A stretch of 64,000 nt of DNA from assembly GCA_012295275.1 (NCBI GenBank), contig CM022666.1:744001-808000 (forward strand), in the 5' to 3' direction. Of this stretch, positions 53,381 to 64,000 are shown piece by piece. Position 1 is the stretch's first letter. Each line of letters starts with the position of its first letter. Made by a program: the position numbers and the translations under genes. Below the pieces are notes generated by a model, which had not been told where the DNA came from, did no database searches, and saw nothing but the letters and a program-made list of their open reading frames with translations. This DNA is from Chrysomallon squamiferum. Taxonomy: Eukaryota; Animalia; Mollusca.

Positions 53381-54391
53381 ATGTTTTATCACAGCTCTAA
53401 CAGTATATCAAAGCACATCAAAGCAAAACAAAATCCACAGTTTATCAACACCACTCATCACATACAATACCTGGATATCATCTAGAACAGTTTACGTCAG
53501 ATAACTGTTTACGTCAGATAACTGCACCCATCTTGATAATGTGCGGAGAAGAATAAAAATAAAAACTTCATCAAAGATACAAGATGGGAGAAAAGAAACC
53601 TCAGTTTTGTTATGTTTATGCAAAGCACAGTGTGCTGTCAAAACACACCTGTAAAATGAATCATGTTAAGGAAATGTTGTAAACAACTTTACTGAATTAT
53701 ATAATACTTGTTTTACAGTCTGAGGTTTAAAAAAAAATAAAAAAAAATAAAAAAAAATAGAAAAATAAAAAAAATGGTGTCAATAACTGATATCTCACTG
53801 TGTAATAAATAATACTTGTATACGTGTTGCTCAGACATTACCTGTATGTGAAATACCTGCGTTGTGTTTCTCAGGTATCAAAACATCCCACCTGTAAGTC
53901 ACACAGACAACTTGCGCATGTCTGAAAACACAACTTACGAACTGATACACACCTTCTCAGGTTACCCATTCCAACATCAGATAACGAACAGTTTATTTAA
54001 AATTCTTTTTCTCAAAAAAAAAACACATTTAAATTCAGAATCTAGAAATAATCTTTTCCAAATATCTAAATATTTTTTTATCCATTTTTTTTTTTTTTTT
54101 TTTTTTTAAATTTTCTTTCTTTAATATCAGTAAGAAAGATAAAGGTATCCAGTTTCCATGGTAATAAATAATGGATTTTTTTTTTTTTTTTGTGGTTGTT
54201 GTTGGAAGTGATTTAATCCAGGTGAGGTAATGTACTAACTGCTGGTAAATAAAAAGTGTTATTTACCACATGCAATATGCTGTGTATCTCTCCGAGGATG
54301 TGTTTTTATATTTCAGTGTATAAATGTTCAAGTTTGTTTATCACTGTGAGAAGAAATATTTCAAACCAAAGAAATGTTACATGTAGTGTGT

Positions 54392-54434
<43 letters not shown>

Positions 54435-55554
54435 TGTGCATGCATATGCAATTTCTGTATGTGTATTTATTTGTGATATCTGTTTGTCTATTTATTTGTG
54501 ATATCTGTTTGTCTGAATGTGTGAGTAAGTGTATTTGTGTTTATTTTTTCTTATTGTGTGTGTGCATGTGTCTGTGTATCTGTGTGTCTTTGTGTGTGTG
54601 TGTGTGTGTTTGGTAAATTTCTGACTTGACAAAGACAAAATCTGATTATTTTTTTTTTTTTTTTTTTTTTGTGTTTTACAATACAATTAACTCAGGAAAA
54701 ATAATATGCAATTCCAAACAGCTCATGCTTTGTCTTTAATTAATCAAGCCAGTCAGTAACAAGATAAGAAAATCCTCAACAACAAACAAATATCAGATAA
54801 TTACAACATACCACACCACTAATGAACACAGACAGCCCTTTAGTGTGAATATCAGACACATACAACATATACTCAGTTCTTAATGAACAAAGCCCTTCAA
54901 TATAAACATCAGAAAGATATATAACGTGTAACATACAAGACCTCAATGAACTAAGTCCTCCAGTGTCAGACAGATGTAACATACAACATACTCAGTGAAT
55001 TAACACATTTCTGAGAAGTTTAATATGCTGTGTGTTATATCATTAATGAACAAAGTGATTTAGCAGTAACATCAAGGGGAATATATCGTATACGTTTTCA
55101 AAGAACAAAATAATTTGGCTTTAATATAAAAAAAAAGTCTTAACATAAATGTCTTTACCGAAAAGACCTTTGCTTGCAATATCAGAAAGTTATGACATAT
55201 AACACATAGTCATTTTGCTTTAATATCAGAAAGATCATAACATAAACATCTTTAATGGACAGACCTTTGCTTGCAATATCAGAAAGATATAAGAGAAGTT
55301 AGACCATAAAACACATGAGTGTATAAAATCGTTGAGTTTGAATGTGCTTAGTTTACAAAAATTACTATCACCAGTTCATCAAATCATGGCTGAGTCACTG
55401 GAACAGATTCGGATTTTAAAATGAAGACAGTTAACAAAGCCATTTGAGAAAGAACTTGGTGAAGTGTGACTGAATTACACACCAGCAAGCAAATCATAAA
55501 CTGTGACATTTTCACACACAACTGCACTTTTTGTTGTCTTCTGCAAACACTGCA

Positions 55555-56253
55555 AGACTGAGATACAACAAACAGGCTGAGATATAACAAACAGGCTGAG
55601 ATACAACAAACAGGCTGAGATACAACAAACAGACTGAGATATAACAAACAGGCTGAGATATAACAAACAGGCTGAGATATAACAAACAGGCTGAGATATA
55701 ACAAACAGGCTGAGATATAACAAACAGGCTGAGATACAACAAACAGGCTGAGATATAACAAACAGGCTGAAATACAACAAACAGAGTGAGATACAACAGA
55801 GTGCGATATAACAAACAGCCTGAGATATAACAAACAGGCTGAGATATAACAAACAGCCTGAGATATAACAAACAGCCTGAGATATAACAAACAGGCTGAG
55901 ATATAACAGCCTGAGATATAACAAACAGGCTGAGATATAACAAACAGGCTGAGATATAACAAACAGAGTGAGATACAACAAACAGAGTGCGATATAACAA
56001 ACAGCCTGAGATATAACAAACAAGCTGAGATATAACAAACAGGCTGAGATATAACAAGCAGGCTGAGATATAACAAACAGACTGATATATAACAAACAGG
56101 CTGAGATATAACAAACAGACTGAGATATAGCAAACAGGCTGAGATACAACAAACAGACTGAGATACAACAAACAGGCTGAGATATAACAAACAGGCTGAG
56201 ATATAACAAACAGGCTGAGATATAACAAACAGGCTGAGATATAACAAACAGAC
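55555..56253. repeat. 19-bp minisatellite, ~37 copies
   Basis: Unit gctgagatataacaaacag; explains the three overlapping long minus-strand ORFs. Confidence 0.97.
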
Positions 56254-56332
56254 ATGCAGAAAACCTGGTTTTTGTAAAGATAAAAAGACATGCAAGACAG
56301 ACATACAGACATATACACTTATTTGTCATTAA

Positions 56333-56334
<2 letters not shown>

Positions 56335-56417
<83 letters not shown>
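56335..56417. repeat. (CT)n microsatellite
   Basis: Perfect CT run. Confidence 0.97.
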
Positions 56418-56419
<2 letters not shown>

Positions 56420-57266
56420 GGATAAAGGACAGGAAAAAAAAAATGTATCTGGTGAACATAATATCAATGATTTCTATTTACCTTAAATAAAATGATTTAT
56501 GTTTAGAAAACCCAGTTCTTTATTTACTCTGTTTCTTAAATATATATTTCAGTAATAACAGTGAGTTATGAGTAATTGATGTATTTGTCATGTGAGATAC
56601 GAACAGTATTTGACAAACGGGTTGTAAAATACAGCAGCATGTGTTTTGAAAAACATTATGAAGCTGTTTTTTATTTCCAACAACTGTTCACAATATTAAC
56701 TATGACATTTAATACGTTTTCTGTCATACTAAAACTGACTGTAAATGTATGCAGGTTATTAATTACATAACACTATTATTTCTTTTACAGAATATTTATC
56801 ATGGTACACTGGATATGTTATGTATGTAACTGGTAACATGTGCACCGTGTATTATTAAATATTATTCAACCCATACATTTTTTTATTTTATTTCTTACTA
56901 TTTTTTTTTTTTTTTTTTTTGTTTATTTGTTTTTTTTTTTTTGTTTGTTTGTTATTTTATTAACCACCATAAATTTAATTTTAATTTAAAAATACATATT
57001 TAATTTCAGCACAATGTAAGATATTTACCTGGTGCTATAAGACATTTTTTTTTAAAATCTAAACACACATATAAATTATCAGTTTTTAAACTGTTTAAAT
57101 AAATAACATAAATTTGGATAAAATATACTATGAATATGTTATATATGTAAATTTAGATTAAATATACCACCTACTCAAGTAACCACAGTATGTAACACTG
57201 TACTATACTATATGTACTATTAGATCAATCTGACCTATTTCTTTCAAAAGAACATTAATCTTGATG

Positions 57267-57270
<4 letters not shown>

Positions 57271-57355
<85 letters not shown>
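57271..57355. repeat. (GA)n microsatellite
   Basis: Perfect GA run. Confidence 0.97.
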
Positions 57356-57358
<3 letters not shown>

Positions 57359-58108
57359 CTGTAGTAAAATTGCATAAGTTATATTAATTTTAGTTTCTAA
57401 AATATTTTATGTATGTTATGTGTGTGGTATACACAATATATACTACAATACATACAAAATCACTGCGACCTATTTCTTTAAAGAGTAATAAAATATATTA
57501 TGTGTATATTACATGTATGTTACAAAATACACAATTTGTATATTAGAGAAGTTGTACACAATATACACGATGCTCTACAAAAAGCTGTAAATTCACTCTG
57601 AACTATTTTACTAAATAATAATCAAATATATTATGAATATGATACAACAGTCTAACTGCTTAAGATACATTATCAGTATGTTACAGAATATACTATATGT
57701 AGGTTACATGTATAGTATACAGTATTATATATATCCTCTGTTGTACAATACAGTACATATTGTAAAATCACCCTGAACTATTTTACTATGCAATAATAAA
57801 ACGTATTTTGAACATGCAGTCAAACTGCACAAGATATGTGATCTGTATGCTGCAGATTATAACTGTCTGTGTGTTACATGTGTGATATGCAATGTATACT
57901 ACAGTATTGCTATACAACAATATACCTACTGTCACACCATTCTGACCTATTTCTAAATGAGCACCCAGCGTGCGACAAACACCTCCCACAAATATGACCA
58001 GAATGCCACTAACAGCAGGTAGTAAGTAACCTCTTCAGGTATGTACACACAGGTAAAACACACCTGTGTATAAACTCAGGTAATCACAGTTTCTGCTCGC
58101 TGACTCAC

Positions 58109-58300
58109 CTGTGCGTTAAGTGAAAAAAAAATCCAAAAAATCTTGAATAACTTGAAAATCTGCTACATGTGTACTCCAATTTCACAGTAATCCAAATGCC
58201 ACCGCGGTTGTTCCTGTTGCTGCTGCTGCTGTTGCTGTTGCTGTTGCTGTTGTTGTTGTAAATCCAGCCACCAGTGTTTGAACACAGATACTGTTAATCT
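58109..58300 (-). other. Candidate non-coding 5' UTR exon of FARP containing a CAA/CAG repeat
   Basis: Acceptor tttctacattgcag and strong donor CAG|gtgagt, on the FARP strand. The ATG exon starts with an acceptor, so an upstream exon is required. Confidence 0.35.
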
Positions 58301-60459
58301 CTGCAATGTAGAAACGAAATCTTTAACTTGACTGTGGAGTTGGAAAACTCTGACAGATGTAATATACTACTAACTACACCGCACTGAATGATTTTCCAAC
58401 CATCGCTACTTGAACATATATTTCTCTTTTTTGTATTTACAACGTAAAAACATAACATTACAACTTCACTGCAGTAATAAAGATTAAATGACTCCAAATA
58501 CTACTAACTACATGACACGGTTTCATTTCCCAACCAGCGTTATTTGAATAATAACGATATTTCCAATCTGGGTTTCCAGTGTAAACTAAAACCACAACAT
58601 CGCAGCAGAACTGAATAATGATTGACACAGAATGCTGTTATCTACACCACTGCGTCTGTTCTTTCGCACTGCAGACAGGAAAAGAATTAAAAAAAAAACA
58701 AGAATGAAAATACTTCCTAAATGAAAGTAAGTGTGAGAAAATTTGTTTCTGTGGATCCTTTCTTTTTTTTTCCATTTTCTTTTTTTTTTTCACCCCATAT
58801 TTCAAGTAGCAGACATTTGTGCTGCAGATTGCAACAATAAAACCAACCATAAAGCATCTGTGATGTGTGATCTATTATTTTTAGCACAAAACAAATACGG
58901 TCACAGACAGGTAATTAACAGAACTGAATAGAAAATAGTTTTTCTCAATAAAGTATCTGCTGCTATCTGCTAGCCTCCAACACAATTCAAATATCATTTA
59001 TTTTATTATTTTTGTCACATATATATATATATATTTCTAATTATTGTATACTGATATAAATTATCAGTACATGTTTCTTGGAAAAAAAAAAAAAAAAAAA
59101 AAATGGCGGTTCTGTAAAAATGGTTCGTTAGACAATGGCAGTTTAAATGCCTACATTGTCAGTGAGTTGATATCCTCAAACAGAAGTTACAAGTTTTTAA
59201 TCTTTTTTCATTTCTCTTTTCTTTTTTCTAATCTGTTTCTATTTCAAATTTAAAAAAAAAAAATAATTTGTGACATTTTTTTGTTGTTGTTTTTGGGGGG
59301 TTTTTTGGCTTGTAAGAAAGGAATTTCTAACTCAGTGAACTTTCAAAACTGAAGACATATAAATTAATATTTTCTGCTTGGAAAACATGATGTAAATAAC
59401 AGAAGTTTTTGGAAAGTAGTATTCTCTTCATAACAGCAAACTATAAAATAAACTGCAACAAAAAGTCTACATTTAATCAATGTTTTATTTTTAATATTAT
59501 TATTCATTTTTAAAGCAGTTTTTAACTATATAAAATGTTTTCAAATTAAAATAAATACTCTTTAACAAAAGCCAGTTTTTAGTATCAGGCATTTTACACA
59601 TGAAATTTCAAAATGAATGTTGTATAAAAAATAATTCAAAGCTAAGATATGGAAATGAGTTTTCCAAACTGCAAGTCAGTAAACAGAATCAGAAGTCTGT
59701 TATTTTTACACATGAATTTTCTAAACTCAATAAACACTCAGTTATTAGCAATACCAACACATGTAACTGATATGTATACAAAAAAATAACAAAAAATCAT
59801 TTAAAAAAATTTTGCAACTTCAAAACTAACAGAAACAAGATTTTAACATCAGTATTTTAAAATGAAGAAACAAAAAGTATTAAAACAATTTGATTCTGAA
59901 CTGCACTGCTGATTTTCTTTCTTTAATACTGAAAATACTGATATCAAAAACTAGTTTTTGTTAAAGATTGTCGAATTTGGAGAAGATTAATTTCGGCTCA
60001 TAAATAAACATTTAATAAAAATTAATGAGCAGAAACTAATTAGAACCTTTTCTGCCATTTTGACAACCTTCAATAAAAAATAAAAAATCTAAAAATCAAA
60101 GAAAGGCAATCAACAGTTCAGAATCAAATTAAATATTTCACTTCTGCAACAAACTGATAACCTTGATCACAGCCATTTTTAAAAAAAAAAAAATTTTTTT
60201 AATTTTCCATGTTACACAATCTCCAGCAGTGAATTGTGGGAGAAAACTGCTTTCCACACAGCAGAACCTGGTTTAACACTGTGCTTACTTGACCCCTGGG
60301 AGTCTGCTACCAGATAACAAACAGACAGACAGACTGTGTAACAGATAATTGTTTTGATACAGTCGATGAGATGGGGTGTTGTCGGGTGGTTAGAGTGAAG
60401 GAACAGTGGAACAATGAGTAAGTTACAAGATCAGTGTTTATAATTATGTCTTTCACGCA

Positions 60460-60628
60460 TACACACACACACACACACACACACACAGAGACTGACACAC
60501 ACACAGACACAAACACACATACATACACACACACAGACACAAACAAACACACAGACACAAACACACACATACAGACACACACACACACAGATACACGTAT
60601 ACAGACACACACACAGACACACACACAC

Positions 60629-60669
<41 letters not shown>

Positions 60670-60700
60670 GACACACACACATACACACAGATATATACAC
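60460..60700. repeat. Compound (AC)n microsatellite
   Basis: AC, ACAG and ACAT units. Confidence 0.93.
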
Positions 60701-61019
60701 ACCAAATAGCTACACTCCCCGCTGAAATATTTAAAAATAGACCGGTAGCAACTGGCTTTGATACAACGTGTCTGCACACCAACAATACGTCAATACATCG
60801 GCTACACCGCTGCAGTCACTCACAATCAGATTGTGATGGAGTAAGCTGTGTGCCCTGGGGCTGGGTGTTCCGTGAAGAGAATATTAGAGAAAAGTGACAA
60901 ATGGAGGAGAAGTGAAGAAAACCAAAACGCAAACAGATCTCCAGGGATGTAAACAATGAGATTAGATCTCTGAGGATGGAAGTTTTGTCGGTTACATGTC
61001 ATTTTTACTAAAACAGATA

Positions 61020-61152
61020 ATAATAACAGGAGGAGTAGTAGTAGTAGTAGTAATAATAGCAGTAGTAGTAGTAGTAACAGTAGTTGTAATAGTAGTAGCA
61101 GTAGTAGTAGTAGTAATAGTAACAACAGTAGTAGTAGTAATAGTAATAATAA

Positions 61153-61183
<31 letters not shown>

Positions 61184-61380
61184 TGTAATAATAATAGCAG
61201 TAGTAGTAGTAGTAATATAGTTGTAGTAATAGTAGTAGTAGTAGTAGTAGTATAGTAGTAGTAATAATAATAGTATTATAGTAGTAATAGTAATAGTAGT
61301 AGTAGTAATAGCAGCAGCAGTAGTAGTAATAGTAATAATAATAATAGTATTAGTAGCAGTAGTAGTAATAAAAATAATAA
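61020..61380. repeat. Compound (GTA/ATA)n trinucleotide tract
   Basis: gtagta/ataata/gcagca units. Confidence 0.93.
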
Positions 61381-62068
61381 TAAAAAAGCTGCTAAAAATA
61401 ATAATTTTATAAATAACTCAAAATAATACTAACAAACATAATTTTATAAAAATAATATTATATTTTAAAATTAATATTACATTACAGAGCAATAAATATA
61501 ATTAAATTATTAATTTAAAAAAAAAAAAAAAAAAAAAAATTTGATTTCTGTAATAATGAAAAGTAGATTTTCCCAGAAAATCATAGAATTCATCAAAAAT
61601 TTATGAAAATTTCTATTTCACTCTGCCGTGAAATTCAATTAATATTCGACAACACGTCAACACAATTTAATATTAATGTTTATTAGACGTAAAACTGCTT
61701 CCACTCATTTGTGGTTTTAATGTGAATTTTCTATCATTAATGATGCAACAAAGGAAAATGCACTGAAATTAGACAAAGGCTGATTACAACAAAAAGAATC
61801 TCCAGGTTTTCATGCGTGACACGTATTTATTGCAAGCATCACCTCGTTATTTAAATTTTGATGTTACTGCACAAAAGCCAGATGCTCTGCCATATGATCT
61901 GAAATTCTGTTTATTTTAGTGACTGTTGCTTATTTACATATTTGATTTTTAAAATAAGTTTATTTATTTATTTGTTGATTTGTCCTAAAAAGGTATATTT
62001 TGGATCAGCATGCAAATATATTCATATCTCTCTCTCTCCCTCTCTCTCTCTCTCTCTGTATCTCTACA

Positions 62069-62162
<94 letters not shown>

Positions 62163-62392
62163 CTATACAGACAAATCCACTATATAAACATGCACAGTTC
62201 AGGTCAGTGACTAATTAGTTTTATATCATCACAATGCATCACTGTATTACTCTCACATGTACAATAACAATTATATTCAACTGCATCATCGCTAATATTG
62301 ACAGTACAAAGTCTGCAATGAAATTTGATTCTTCAGAAGGGAATTAAGACACTTAATGAAATTGCTTGCTCATTTTTTTTTTATTCTCTCCA

Positions 62393-62423
<31 letters not shown>

Positions 62424-62749
62424 GTGTCTATAACGAGCTTGACAATTCATTAATAAAAATTAATGAACTGAAAATATAATCACCTCCTTTCCAATTACAA
62501 ATTCATGCCAGACTGATTCATCATCAGCTGAATACTGGGAATTATAATCACTTTTATACACACAGTATGTTATTTGATAATGTAATTCTAAACTTGGTCT
62601 AAAAAAAAAATATACTTTTATGACTATGCGAAGTGTTCACTGAACTGAAAGTCAAAGAGAGAGTAAAAAAAAAAGCGTTCTGTTATTGATGATCTTGGTA
62701 AATTTTTAAAAAGTGTATTTTCCACATCTCTAATTTGGTTATATATCAC

Positions 62750-62782
<33 letters not shown>

Positions 62783-63144
62783 GAAAATAAAGAAAAAAGA
62801 AAACTGAAATAGAAAAATCAAAAAACATATTTTGTAACTAAGATGTAATGTTTAAATGACATGTCACCTATGTCAGTCTTTAATTCTCGATTTTTTTTTT
62901 AATCTTAAAAACATTTTCAAATCACTCTTGTTTTAACTAAACCATCACAGAATCCTTGATTAAATGTTTTTCCTGCTGATATTAAATTAAATAATGTCGT
63001 GATAAAATGAAATCTGCTGGGTTTTTTTTTTTTGTGGTTCCCCCCCCCATATTGCAACAAAACACCTTTGTACAATCCACAACAAAATTGAAGAATGTCA
63101 ACATAAGAATATAATTTACTGTGAAACTCTTTATTTAAACATTT

Positions 63145-63244
<100 letters not shown>

Positions 63245-64000
63245 TGGTGTACATGTCAGTATGTATTTGTATGTGGGATTTCGTCTAATTTTCTGGTTTT
63301 GAATACAGTATGTGTGGATGGATATGTTGAGTGGAATTCTTCAAATTCTATTTTTGTCGAGAACATATCATGGTGTATGTACATCTCAAAGATAGAGTGA
63401 GGAAGATAGGCAGATAGAAAGAAAGACAGAGAAATAATAGAATAATAATAAAATGACAAAAGAAAAAAGAAAAATGAGAAAATGATGAACGAGAAAGATA
63501 AAATAATAGAATTAGAAATTAAAGAAAACGATAAAATAATGGAATTAGAAACTAAAGAAAAAGATAGAGAGAAAAATTAGAATAAGGAAATGATGAATGA
63601 GAAAGAAAAAGAAAAAGAAAAGAAAGGAATGAAAATGACAGAATAAACAAAAATTAGAATAAAAAAATGATGAAAGAGAGAGAGAAAAAATAATACGTTA
63701 GAAATTAAATAAAAAGATAGAGAGAAAAATTGGGAATAAATAGAATAAGCAAATAATGACAGAGAGAGAGAAAATAAAAGAACAAGAAAAAAGATGAGAA
63801 AGAGAGATAGAAAATATAAGAAAACAGATGAGAGAGATAGAAAAGAACAAGAAAAAGAGATGAGAGAGAGAGATAAAGACAAATTGGTTGTTTAAAAGCA
63901 TCAAGAGAATACGTCTGGTTGTGACAGAAATGTTCACATTAAGATTTCTGTCTGTATCCACAAACTGTGATCCAAAAATGTTTCACTTATTGATCCTCTA

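Noticed and set aside
55384-56467. Three overlapping long minus-strand ORFs (268-330 aa)
   Set aside because: They arise from a 19-bp minisatellite lacking stops on that strand; the same peptide cycles through all frames.

Overview
This is AT-rich, microsatellite-rich animal genomic DNA; a mollusc or other lophotrochozoan is my guess, not provable from the window. The minus strand carries the 5' part of a FARP/Cdep-type FERM gene. I can read eight clear coding exons, from the ATG at 36979 down to 2509, covering the FERM domain and FERM-adjacent region; the gene continues off the left edge. One required FERM exon appears only as a garbled remnant near 8560-8640. Inside the 23.7-kb intron after the first coding exon (13135-36880), the plus strand carries three tandem paralogous type II membrane glycosyltransferases of the exostosin/GT47 family. 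Each has a short signal-anchor exon and one long intronless stem-plus-catalytic exon. Their motifs resemble plant MUR3/KATAMARI1-type xyloglucan galactosyltransferases more than animal EXT proteins, and they lack a GT64 domain. The third paralog has an altered conserved C-terminal motif and the second looks mosaic. The rest is intronic or upstream DNA with many mini- and microsatellites and a few transposon relics. Most short ORFs in the supplied track are repeat artefacts.
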